A DNA stretch of 64,000 nucleotides, taken from positions 1-64,000 of the forward strand of contig AP039709.1 in NCBI GenBank assembly GCA_051599415.1. The letters run 5' to 3'. The position numbers and the translations under genes are program-made. The DNA comes from Savitreella phatthalungensis. Its lineage: Eukaryota. Positions 19,013 through 28,675 of the stretch are shown in pieces (the stretch's first letter is position 1; the number at the start of each line of letters is the position of its first letter). Under the pieces are notes generated by a model. It did not search any database and had not been told where the DNA came from. It saw nothing but the letters and a program-made list of their open reading frames with translations.

Positions 19013-22000
19013 ATGGACAGACCGAGGCGCAATGGCGCCGCTGTCAACTATGCGCAGAATGAGATTGATGCGGATGACTTGCTCGCTGAAAGCCTCGGCA
19101 CGCGTAAGCGCAAGCGACAAAGTCTTTCTCCGAGCGAATCACGATCACGCAGATCTTCGGCCACAACGCAGCACTCGCCTGCCCAAGTTTCAACACGAGC
19201 TCAGCGTAGCACGCGGGCTGGAAGGTCTGTAGCTGACTTTGACTTCGCTCCCGCCGATGATGAAGAGAACCATCGTGGTGACGGTTCCGATGATGATGAA
19301 AAGGATCACGTTGCAGACGCTCGAGTCTTTGGGGCGCGGCGCAATCTTCGACGCGCTGGTAGCACTGGAAGCATCAACGAGACGCGTACTGTTCCGGAAG
19401 CGATTCCACAAGCCTCTTCTCACACAATCGTCAAACTCAACCTCCGCCGCCGCCGCGATTTTGTCGATTCGGTCGACGACACTCTGGACGAGATTCTGTC
19501 AGACAGTTCAGAAGAGGAAATCAAGATCCGGCCAACCACGAAGCGCTTACGGGCGAAGCAAGGCATCGTCGACGACGAGGATCGGAGACCGATGACCAAA
19601 GCGAAAGTAAAACATCGGCGCACGAAGATCAATGATGACGATGATGATGACTACGACCACGACCAGGATAGCGATGAAGACGAGGACCTATCGGACGGCA
19701 GTATTAGCCATTCGACCGCTGATGACGATACCAACGCAGACTTCGTGGTTGCAGACGAAGAAGATGATTATGATGAGGACGAAGACGGCAACAGAGTCAT
19801 GCGAAAGCCCAAAGCTAAGCTCAAGAAATCGCGTTCAACTCGGGCATCGCGGCAGGCACGGCGCAGTGAACATGCTAAAGATTTCGGCGACTCCACAGAC
19901 ACGGACGAGGCCGAGGATGATCTCGAGGCAGAGCTTTATGATCTGCAGGAAGACGAAGCACAAGGATCGCAGACCGAGGTTGGCGGCCGCTCTTTGCGAG
20001 ATCGAACACATCGACCGAACTATACGATCCCGCCTCCTCCGATCATTGAGCCACGGCCCGCGTCACCACTGCGGCGTGAATACCCCTACCGCTCTTCATT
20101 CCGACCTCTGCAGCCGCATCTCAGTAATTTTTCAAGTATGAACGGCTTCGGAAATGGCCGTATGAACTTTGGTATAGGCGCTGCGATTAACGATTCATCT
20201 GATTCTGATTCCGACAACGAGACTGCAACAAAGACAATAAACGGTGGGCTCAGGAAAGCACCCAGTAGTGGCGAACTCATGCCGATGGGTGGTGCCGTTG
20301 ACGGATCGGGCTCCGGAACCGCCAACGCAGCTGGCTCTGGTCCGAAAAACATGGGCCGTATCAAAGGTGCAACTCTGGCTGATGCGGAACCGCTGGCCAT
20401 TGATAAGGCGGTGAGTTTCGATAAGGTGGGTGGCCTCGACACGCACATCAATCAGCTCAAAGAGATGGTCATGCTTCCTCTGCTCTACCCAGAAATCTTC
20501 GCTCGTTTCAGCATGACTCCGCCGCGCGGAGTGTTGTTCCATGGCCCGCCTGGCACAGGAAAGACCTTGATGGCACGAGCCCTCGCGGCCAGCTGCTCCA
20601 CCCAAGAACGTCAAGTCGCATTTTATATGCGTAAAGGTGCAGACTGTCTCTCGAAATGGGTTGGCGAGGCGGAGCGACAACTTCGACTATTGTTCGAGGA
20701 AGCCAAAGCGAATCAGCCGAGCATCATTTTCTTCGATGAGATTGACGGGCTCGCACCCGTCCGATCGAGCAAGCAGGAGCAAATACACGCGTCAATTGTC
20801 TCAACAATGCTAGCCTTGATGGACGGTATGGATGCTCGAGGACAGGTCGTTGTTATCGGTGCGACCAATAGACCCGATGCCGTCGATCCTGCGCTGCGTC
20901 GCCCTGGCCGCTTCGATCGAGAATTCTACTTTCCTCTGCCAAATAGCGAGGCGCGTGAAAAGATCATCGCCATTCATACATCGAGATGGAATCCTCCGGT
21001 CTCGCCCGATCTGCGGCACGAGCTTGCGATGCAGACAAAAGGTTACGGCGGGGCTGATTTGCGCGCTCTCTGCATTGAAGCGGCTCTTAACGCAGTACAA
21101 CGGTCGTATCCCCAGATCTACCGGTCGGACGTGAAATTGCTGATCGATCCAAACAGAATTCAGGTCGTACCACGCGACTTCATGCGAGCAGTCGATAAGA
21201 TCGTGCCGTCCTCTGCAAGATCAGTATCTAACACAGCGAGTCCTCTGCCGGAACAGATCAGGCCGCTGTTGCAACCCCAGCTGAATGACATAAAGAGTCT
21301 GATTGATCGTCTCATCCCTGTGGAGGGAAGGCTGAACGCGCTGGAAGATGCGCTGACTGGTGTCGCGCCGACCACCTTCACCTTCGCGCAAGAGCGTATG
21401 CTTGCAGACCTGTCGGCATCGAGGACCTTCCGCCCAGGTCTCATCATCCGAGCTCCGCCACGGTCTGGTCTGAGCTACATTGCCCCTGCAATCTTGCAAC
21501 ACCTCGAACGCTTTCACGTACAAACGATTGACCTGGCCAAGCTGTACGGTGATATCGCCAGCACGCCTGAGGCTGTCCTGGTGCAGACTTTCGCTGAAGC
21601 ACAGAGGCACAAGCCCTCGATTGTCCTCTTCCCGGCATTCGACCGTTGGTTAGCGATCGCCTCGCAGAGTGTCAGAGCTATACTTTGCTCACTGCTTGAA
21701 TCGCTTCGTGCGAACGACGCTCTTCTGTGTATCGCATTGTCCCAAGAGACCGACCCGGACGGACAGGCAGAAGAGCGGGGGCTTCTGGGCGAGAACAGCA
21801 GTTCATACGATCTGACGCGACCAGGCGAAGACGCGAGGCGAACGTTCTTCTCACGAGTACTCGACGTCCTTCGCACGCGTCCGATAGACTTTCCGGACAT
21901 TTCCACCGAGCGACGACCCTTGCCGGTGCTGGAAAAAGCACCGGTTGTGGAATCAAGGGTTAGAGAGCCCTCACGGGAGGAGCTCAAGGCAATTGAAGAG

Positions 22001-23098
22001 AAGGACAAGCACACGCTCCTAGTTCTCAAATCACGCTTTGGGCCTTTGATGGAGCTGATTAGAACGCGCTACAAGAAATTCAAGAAGCCTATTCTCGACG
22101 AAAAGGTGATAGCACATCTGCTGGTGGAAGATGGTGTTGAGCTACCAGATCATGTTGGCGATCGTAATTTTGAGCGCACCACTAATGATATGATACTCGA
22201 CAAGGCGACTGGCAGGCAGTACTTCAACATGGACACCTCACTGCTCGAAGAACGCCTCTGGAACAATGTCTACCTCACACCGAAGCAATTTCTGCGAGAT
22301 GTCGAGCAGATTTTGCACGATGCGCGACAGGATGGAGACCGCGAGCGTATTTTAAAGGCACAGGAGATGCAGACGAACGTGCTCATCCACATTGCCGATG
22401 TCTTCGATAAACCTTTCATCGACGAATGCAAGCAAGTTGCACGTCGCGAGCTCGGTCGCCTTCAGCTACGGACGAAGCAGGCACCTAATGGTCTGCAGGT
22501 CAGCAATGGCTCGTCTCTGTCCGCGATTTCCCCATGCGTACCGCCACAGAGAGACTCGACGGATCTCGAATGCACTGTGTCAAATGACGCACCAGACTTA
22601 CTCATTGTGAATACGGAAGCTCGAGCTGAACCGACAGAATCGGCAGTGGAGCCAAACCAGGTGACGACTGACAATGCTGCCATTCTCTCGAGCGATCCTG
22701 GCGAAGACCATCCTGTGCAGACGCTCCCTGATGCGCTGATGGACGGCGCACAGATAGAGTCGCAGCCGTCGAACGATCCCAGAATGCCGCTACAAGACAC
22801 GTTGCAGCTCGCACAAGAAGGACCGCACCCAGAAGACTTGCTAGTAGCAGTAGAGGGTCAACAAGAGACTCCAGCCGCGCCGCAACCAAATTTGCTTCTC
22901 GATCAAGCAGCTCTTGAAACGGCTGTCAGCACATGGATCGAACTGACGAGCGACCTGGATGTCGAGCAGCTGGACGCGTTGTACACTGCCATGATGAACG
23001 TCATCTGGCCAGCGCGTCATGATTGGGACCGCAACACTTTATTGATCGGGTTGACCGACGCGGTTCGCATTTACGTCGCTCGTCATGAAAATCCATAG
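19013..23098 (+). CDS. YTA7: ATAD2/Yta7/Abo1 AAA+ ATPase with non-canonical bromodomain
   Basis: Acidic N-terminus, GPPGTGKT, MRKGADCLSKWVGEAERQLRLLF and IHASIVSTMLALMDGMD, then a degenerate second AAA domain and a bromodomain-like YLTPKQFLRDVEQI. Confidence 0.96.
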   Translation: MDRPRRNGAAVNYAQNEIDADDLLAESLGTRKRKRQSLSPSESRSRRSSATTQHSPAQVSTRAQRSTRAGRSVADFDFAPADDEENHRGDGSDDDEKDHVADARVFGARRNLRRAGSTGSINETRTVPEAIPQASSHTIVKLNLRRRRDFVDSVDDTLDEILSDSSEEEIKIRPTTKRLRAKQGIVDDEDRRPMTKAKVKHRRTKINDDDDDDYDHDQDSDEDEDLSDGSISHSTADDDTNADFVVADEEDDYDEDEDGNRVMRKPKAKLKKSRSTRASRQARRSEHAKDFGDSTDTDEAEDDLEAELYDLQEDEAQGSQTEVGGRSLRDRTHRPNYTIPPPPIIEPRPASPLRREYPYRSSFRPLQPHLSNFSSMNGFGNGRMNFGIGAAINDSSDSDSDNETATKTINGGLRKAPSSGELMPMGGAVDGSGSGTANAAGSGPKNMGRIKGATLADAEPLAIDKAVSFDKVGGLDTHINQLKEMVMLPLLYPEIFARFSMTPPRGVLFHGPPGTGKTLMARALAASCSTQERQVAFYMRKGADCLSKWVGEAERQLRLLFEEAKANQPSIIFFDEIDGLAPVRSSKQEQIHASIVSTMLALMDGMDARGQVVVIGATNRPDAVDPALRRPGRFDREFYFPLPNSEAREKIIAIHTSRWNPPVSPDLRHELAMQTKGYGGADLRALCIEAALNAVQRSYPQIYRSDVKLLIDPNRIQVVPRDFMRAVDKIVPSSARSVSNTASPLPEQIRPLLQPQLNDIKSLIDRLIPVEGRLNALEDALTGVAPTTFTFAQERMLADLSASRTFRPGLIIRAPPRSGLSYIAPAILQHLERFHVQTIDLAKLYGDIASTPEAVLVQTFAEAQRHKPSIVLFPAFDRWLAIASQSVRAILCSLLESLRANDALLCIALSQETDPDGQAEERGLLGENSSSYDLTRPGEDARRTFFSRVLDVLRTRPIDFPDISTERRPLPVLEKAPVVESRVREPSREELKAIEEKDKHTLLVLKSRFGPLMELIRTRYKKFKKPILDEKVIAHLLVEDGVELPDHVGDRNFERTTNDMILDKATGRQYFNMDTSLLEERLWNNVYLTPKQFLRDVEQILHDARQDGDRERILKAQEMQTNVLIHIADVFDKPFIDECKQVARRELGRLQLRTKQAPNGLQVSNGSSLSAISPCVPPQRDSTDLECTVSNDAPDLLIVNTEARAEPTESAVEPNQVTTDNAAILSSDPGEDHPVQTLPDALMDGAQIESQPSNDPRMPLQDTLQLAQEGPHPEDLLVAVEGQQETPAAPQPNLLLDQAALETAVSTWIELTSDLDVEQLDALYTAMMNVIWPARHDWDRNTLLIGLTDAVRIYVARHENP

Positions 23099-23102
23099 TC
23101 AA

Positions 23103-23564
23103 TCATCGCTGACATCCGGTGACTCGGTGAGTGGTCTCGCATGGACTCGTGCAACACTTGATGCCGCATCGCATACATGCATAGATAGCCCAATCACCGC
23201 AGACGACACAGAACGAGCGACTCGGTCGATCGCTGCGTCCAACTCTCTCGATGTCCCGGTATTGCACCTCATCTAAGTAGTTCGTCAAATTTTTCTTGGA
23301 CAAAAGTATCCTCTTCACGCCATTGCCTTGCTTTCGATCGGTCTGGCTCAGGGACTGAAGGCGGTGATCACGCTTGGCGATGTCGATCTTGGCCTCACGC
23401 AGTCCATCGTTGTCCAGGTTCGCTATGTGACGTACGTCGATCCTTTCCCGCGCGACGGCATCCAGGGTGGCGTAGCCTGGTCTACGCTGCAGACGTATCC
23501 GCCCTTTGGAGCCTTCGCTCATCAATCCAGATGTTTCCTGGCCAAGGAAACCCACCGGTAGCAT
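23103..23564 (-). CDS. VPS71: HIT zinc-finger protein, Vps71/Swc6-like (SWR1 complex)
   Basis: VKRILLSKKNLTNYLDE plus C-terminal zf-HIT FCVVCGDWAIYACMRCGIKCCTSPCETTH. The 5' end is uncertain. Confidence 0.78.
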   Translation of the reverse strand: MLPVGFLGQETSGLMSEGSKGRIRLQRRPGYATLDAVARERIDVRHIANLDNDGLREAKIDIAKRDHRLQSLSQTDRKQGNGVKRILLSKKNLTNYLDEVQYRDIERVGRSDRPSRSFCVVCGDWAIYACMRCGIKCCTSPCETTHRVTGCQR

Positions 23565-24181
23565 TTGAGCATTGCTCAACCCTATAGCCTGCTCGATTTC
23601 TGCGCGCAGCGACCAAGAATTTCGGAGAGCGTCTGAACTCGCGCTGCCTTATTTCCAATTTCCAGAGGAATGAGTGACAATTTATATATACCGATAAATT
23701 TACCGGATGCTAATGAATTAATTGATATCTATATATATGCTTGCACTGAATCGCAATGAGTTTCCAGCTGGTCGAACGAATGGTACGGAGGGAGCTACAC
23801 AGTGCCAGTAACTCTTCGAAGGTGCCACGCCTCTGGAAAATCGAGTCTAAAGAGAATAGCATGCCGGAAGTATCCCACTGACTGTCCTTCGTCCATTGCC
23901 AGGTGTGATCGCAGTCGAAGTGCAAGATCAATCGAGATCTCCTGAAGAGATCCTTCCAATAGATCCGGTCCACGCACCTGCCGTCTGCTGCACAAGTCGG
24001 CCATTAATTTTACCGCGTGCTGACATATGAGACGAGTCAGTATTGGGTGTCGAATTCAATCGCGATGTGACTTTAAAAACTCTCGAATAAGTGTGCCCAT
24101 AGTGCTTCCCCATCCTGGAAGCGTAATCAATTGTACCGGCTTGCTGGCAAACACTTCAGTGCACTCCACAATACTCTACTC

Positions 24182-24970
24182 ATGGAGGATGTCAAGCTTA
24201 GCGCGGCTGCGGCTGAGTTCGTCAGTCTATCAAAAACCACTCAGGAGGAGATCTATGTGCTCCGCATGCACAATGGAGAGGACAATCGTCTGACGACTGG
24301 GCTTTGTCAAGCCGTCTTGACCGCTATGGATCTCATCGAGCGCCGGTGTCCTGTCGGCACAGCGGGCGCTTTAATTGTCACTGGCGCCCATCCAAAATTC
24401 TTTAGCAATGGCCTTGATTTGAATCACGCCTTTGAGACGCCCGGGTTTTGGGACAAGAGCTTCTACGCTATGCTGCGACGCGTGCTGTCATTTCACCTCC
24501 CCTGCCTGGCAGCCATCAATGGCCACGCATTTGCTGGCGGCGCAATGTTTGCGATGTGCTTTGATTATCGCTTCTCGAATAGTCGACGCGGCTATATATG
24601 TCTGAATGAGATCGACTTTGGCGCTCCACTGCAGCCGGGCATGCTTGCATGTGTGCAGTCGCGTTTGACACCCTCTGCGCTTCGCAAATGTGTGCTCGAA
24701 GGCCATCGATTCACCGGCCCGGAGCAACTCGAAGCTGGCTTTGTCGAAGCGACCGTCGACCCTTCCGAGGAAGGCGTGCTGAAAGCTGCCATGGTGCAAG
24801 CTCGCAAGGTCATGTCGAAGGCTGCAAGTGGCGCTTTCGGGAAGCTCAAGATTGGCATCAATGTCGACATTTTAGACAAGCTCACCATCGCGGCGAAAGA
24901 TGCCATGGATCAGAGACTGGACGACTATGATGCAGAACGCCTCGCCATGAGATCTCCAGCAAAGCTCTAA
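24182..24970 (+). CDS. Peroxisomal enoyl-CoA hydratase/isomerase (crotonase family)
   Basis: KFFSNGLDL, INGHAFAGGAMFA, GYICLNEIDFG and the C-terminal PTS1 -AKL. Confidence 0.92.
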   Translation: MEDVKLSAAAAEFVSLSKTTQEEIYVLRMHNGEDNRLTTGLCQAVLTAMDLIERRCPVGTAGALIVTGAHPKFFSNGLDLNHAFETPGFWDKSFYAMLRRVLSFHLPCLAAINGHAFAGGAMFAMCFDYRFSNSRRGYICLNEIDFGAPLQPGMLACVQSRLTPSALRKCVLEGHRFTGPEQLEAGFVEATVDPSEEGVLKAAMVQARKVMSKAASGAFGKLKIGINVDILDKLTIAAKDAMDQRLDDYDAERLAMRSPAKL

Positions 24971-24976
24971 GTGAAG

Positions 24977-25750
24977 CTATAATTGCAACACATCTCGTAG
25001 AGATATTGTGCTGAAGCCCAGACGCTGAAGTTTCGGCAGAGCTATGTCCAGCATCGGAGCTGTCCAAGACCTGCGATCGTGGCAGATGATGATGCCTCCT
25101 GGCCGAGCCATACTTACGACATGTCGAGCATTCATCATCGGGTATGGTATTTGCGGATCATGAGGGTAGATATTGCCCAAAACCATAGTGTAGTCGATTG
25201 TCGAGAGCTGTTTCAACATATTCGCCGTAAAGAAGCCGGATCCAGGACGGAAAAGCCGTGCCATGCGTCCTTTGTCAACACGATCGTAAGCGGCCTGAAC
25301 AATTGTCTCCACGTCATGAATTTGTTCATTCAAGATATCTGCAGGCAATAGTCGAGATGGCTCGTCGTTCCACGCATGATTCGCCAGCGAATGTCCACGT
25401 CGCAGAATCTCGTCCAGAATGTCCTCTAAACCGGCACACTGACGACCGATAACGAAAAAGGTTGCTACGGCACCATGTCTGTCCAGCACGTCCAAAATGT
25501 CTAATGTCTCGTGCGAAGGCGCGTCATCGATCGTCAAAGCAACGACGCGCTCAGTTGTGGGCAGTCGAAAGATGACAGAGGGGAACCGATATTCAAAATA
25601 GCTGATAAGCAGGTCTGGCGGCTTGTAAATGAAGTATATCGGCAAGACAAGCATCATGAGAGCGGCAAACACCACTGAGAGTACGCCCATCCTCCTCCGC
25701 TGCTTACGAGTAGGCCAACGTCCCGGAAGCGAGAAAGCATCAATGAGCAT
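24977..25750 (-). CDS. Membrane-anchored polysaccharide (chitin) deacetylase, NodB/CE4 family
   Basis: N-terminal TM, VALTIDDAP, ATFFVIG, LANH, FRPGSG and GGIIICHD. Confidence 0.9.
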   Translation of the reverse strand: MLIDAFSLPGRWPTRKQRRRMGVLSVVFAALMMLVLPIYFIYKPPDLLISYFEYRFPSVIFRLPTTERVVALTIDDAPSHETLDILDVLDRHGAVATFFVIGRQCAGLEDILDEILRRGHSLANHAWNDEPSRLLPADILNEQIHDVETIVQAAYDRVDKGRMARLFRPGSGFFTANMLKQLSTIDYTMVLGNIYPHDPQIPYPMMNARHVVSMARPGGIIICHDRRSWTAPMLDIALPKLQRLGFSTISLRDVLQL

Positions 25751-26676
25751 TTCAGGTCGATGGCGTGAGAGAGGCTGCTGGGCGGTATATCACCTTGAGA
25801 AGTCGTGCATTGGCGGACAGTAGTCTGCCTCGAAATCAAATACAATTATTAGCGTCCTAGAGCTCCTGACAGACAGTGTTTGTCCTGCTCGATTTCAGAA
25901 AGCGAGTTCATCGCGCCCCGCCTCTCGGACCCAGTCCATGGCGTCTGCAGTCGATCAAAATAGGCGACTGGTCGTCGAGACTTACCCGCTTCGTCTGACG
26001 TACGGGCAGTAGCTTGTCAACATGTTACTTTTGCGATCGCAAGCTGCCCTACAATCGTGATCTGCGGGTGATCACTTGGCGAGATCCAGAAGTTGAAATC
26101 GTTATGCGCTCCATGGGCCCATTCTGCGGTTGCAGAAAAAGTGAGGTACAGCAGATTTATGGGCCTATCGACGCCACAAACGACATTGCCGTGCTACATT
26201 TGCTCGCAGTCAGGGAAGGAACATGTCCTGTATGGCTTGAGTCTTCAAATTATTCATCCTACGTCCTCAGCCTCTGTCGAGACGATGATAGCGTTGTCAT
26301 GTGCCGGAAGCTCCTCAAACCGCCGAAGAGCGCTGAAGGGCAAGTCACTGCCCTCTGCGCCATGGCTGCATTCACGAATCCGTTAAGCGTTCAACTAACT
26401 ACGCCTTGCAATGAATTGAAAGCTTAATTTATAGACTGAATGATCCTGTGTATGTCTTGCTGGAACATACGTGCGCGTGCTTCATCTGGTTGTCTGAAAA
26501 AGACCCGTGATCAATTGCCCGGTTGTGCTCCTTGCGAAAATTCATCTTTCTTGCATCTTGATCAATTCTGTCTATCGCGAGAACAGCCCATAGTTGGTGC
26601 GACGCCCAGGATAAGCAGCCGAGTATTTGAGAAAACACCCAGCAACCGTTCGACACGTCAACAGCAATCTCGGCAA

Positions 26677-27501
26677 ATGGCGGACAACGCAAATCATGAA
26701 GACGACTACAAACGCGAACGCTCGCAGAGCCCACGGCGCTCTGCATCGCCGGCTCGCCGTGATGACTCCTACGAGAACCGAAAGGAAGACGAGGTGATGC
26801 GCGACGACCGGCGGGACGACAGACGCGAGGAGCGTAGGGACGACCGGCGTGGACGTGACGACGACAGGCGCGAAAATCCTGGCACCAACTTGTTTGTGAC
26901 CGGCATTTCTACTCGTGTCTCTGAAGATGAGCTTCGTGAACTGTTTGGCAAACACGGCACCATAGTGAGCTGTCAGATCATGTTAGACCCGCACACGCGC
27001 GAGTCCCGTGGCTTTGGCTTTGTGCAATTTGAGCTGACGGAGGAGGCCGACGCCGCCCGTGAAGCCCTCACGGGTGAGAATTACGCCGGTCGTATCCTCA
27101 GCGTCGAGCGTGCTCGCCGTGCCCGTCCAAGAACTCCGACTCCTGGTAAATACTTCGGTCCCGCGAAAAGAGAGGAGCGTGGTCCGCGTGGTCCGGGCGG
27201 CCGTGGCGGCGGTCGGTATGACGACAGACGCGGACCTCGCCGGCCCGACGATCGCTACGATCGCTACGATGACCGGCGCGGTGGCGGCTACACGGACGAC
27301 AGACGCAGGGATGATCGTTACAGAGACGACGACCGCTATGGTCGCCGTGGCGGAGACGATAGGCCATCGTATCGCGATGATCGCCCTTCGTATCGTGATG
27401 ACCGAGATGATCGCGGGGGCCGCGATGGTGGCCGAGCCGCACCTCGAGACGACTATTACTCTTCCACGTCGCGTACTGCAGACGCCAGTGAACGCCGTTG
27501 A
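26677..27501 (+). CDS. Tra2-like RRM splicing factor with RD/RG-rich low-complexity regions
   Basis: RRM (NPGTNLFVTG, ESRGFGFVQF) followed by the Tra2-type motif RARPRTPTPGKYFG. Confidence 0.88.
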   Translation: MADNANHEDDYKRERSQSPRRSASPARRDDSYENRKEDEVMRDDRRDDRREERRDDRRGRDDDRRENPGTNLFVTGISTRVSEDELRELFGKHGTIVSCQIMLDPHTRESRGFGFVQFELTEEADAAREALTGENYAGRILSVERARRARPRTPTPGKYFGPAKREERGPRGPGGRGGGRYDDRRGPRRPDDRYDRYDDRRGGGYTDDRRRDDRYRDDDRYGRRGGDDRPSYRDDRPSYRDDRDDRGGRDGGRAAPRDDYYSSTSRTADASERR

Positions 27502-27577
27502 TCCTTGCAGGAGTGGCATTGTCCTCATAATGGTTTGTCGTGTGCTAGGTTCTGGTTGTAGCACAGCTCATAGTCAA

Positions 27578-27723
27578 GCATACTCACTAATCAGAATCGC
27601 ATTCTCGCTTCGTACTTTATTCATTATCGTCGGAACGGCCACTCTAGCTGGCATACTCACTAATCAGGATCGCATTCACGCTTCGTACTTTATTCATTAT
27701 CGTCGGAACGGCCACTCTAGCTG
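27578..27723. repeat. 73-bp tandem duplication covering the SAR1 stop codon and 3' UTR
   Basis: 27578-27650 and 27651-27723 are identical except at 2 positions. Confidence 0.95.
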
Positions 27724-28351
27724 ACGTAGTTCGAAAGCCACTTGATACCATCTCCGTAGCCCATGCGCATCACAACTGAGCACATGAATACCTCGATAGC
27801 TCGGATATTCTCTAGCGCCTGCTTACTCTTGCCAGTAGTCTGATACAATCCAAGGGCATTGCGGAGCTCGTCCTCGGAGACTGCGCCCGGGGCGTCGATT
27901 TTATTGCCAAGCACAAGGAACGGAACCTTTGCAAGCTCGTCCATGTTCAACAGAGCGTTGAGCTCCGCATGTGCCTCTGGTAGACGTTCGATATCTTGGG
28001 CATCCACGATGAACACGACACCCGATACCTCTGGGAAGTAATCTTTCCAGAGCCGACGCGCCTGCTGATGGCCGCCCAGGTCGAAGGTCGTGAAGCGGCA
28101 CGAGCCAACAGCAAGCTCTTCAGAATGAGGATGCAGCGTCGGCTGTAGTGTCGCCAGGCGGTCGTTCTTAAGCATGTGCAACAAAGTCGTTTTTCCAGCA
28201 TTGTCAAGACCTAGGAAAAGGAGCTTTGCATGCTTATTCGCCAGACCTAAGCTGGCGAGAAAGTCCCAAAACCCTGCAAATTAGTCAGTTTTCTGCGCTA
28301 GAATGATGTGTAGCGCATGAGCTTACATTTCGTCCAATCTCCGAGAGCCAT
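27717..28351 (-). CDS. SAR1: Small GTPase Sar1 (COPII); exons 28351-28327 and 28273-27717
   Basis: Splicing the 53-nt intron GTAAGC..CTAAT..CAG (28326-28274) gives [38 protein letters not shown]..., then [12 protein letters not shown] and GNKID (193 aa). Confidence 0.97.
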
Positions 28352-28512
28352 CGGTGATTACTGATGTCTTTGTAGTCGTCGCAAACGCTGATGATGTCTG
28401 CCCGGACATCTGATATTCTGATGACTTCGCGGCGGCTTGCAACTCGTGCTGACGTTGCGCATTCAGGCGCTATACACCCGGGTGCGCGGAATCCGGTCGA
28501 CACGCGCTCAAG

Positions 28513-28518
28513 ACGCGT
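28513..28518. promoter_or_regulatory. Putative MCB element (ACGCGT) upstream of primase large subunit
   Basis: Exact ACGCGT ~160 bp upstream of the ATG, with an adjacent ACGCG at 28502. Confidence 0.45.
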
Positions 28519-28675
28519 CGAAACCAGTCATTGAATTTAGGTGCGCGCACGAACGATTGATCGAATAGGCATGTCGAAGTCACCACCTGAGCCAACGACT
28601 AGTCTTCCCCAGCACTGACACATCGACAAGCAGTGATATATCGACGAGAATCATCGTCTCCAGCTGCTCTACAGC

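Noticed and set aside
9491..23564. Cluster of chromatin regulators (Sif2-like, Ssn6, Yta7, Vps71)
   Set aside because: They belong to different complexes and are interleaved with unrelated genes, which is compatible with chance.
23700..24120. Short ORFs between VPS71 and the crotonase gene (also 26014-26427 and 52099-52765)
   Set aside because: No recognisable motifs and no convincing splice signals joining them.
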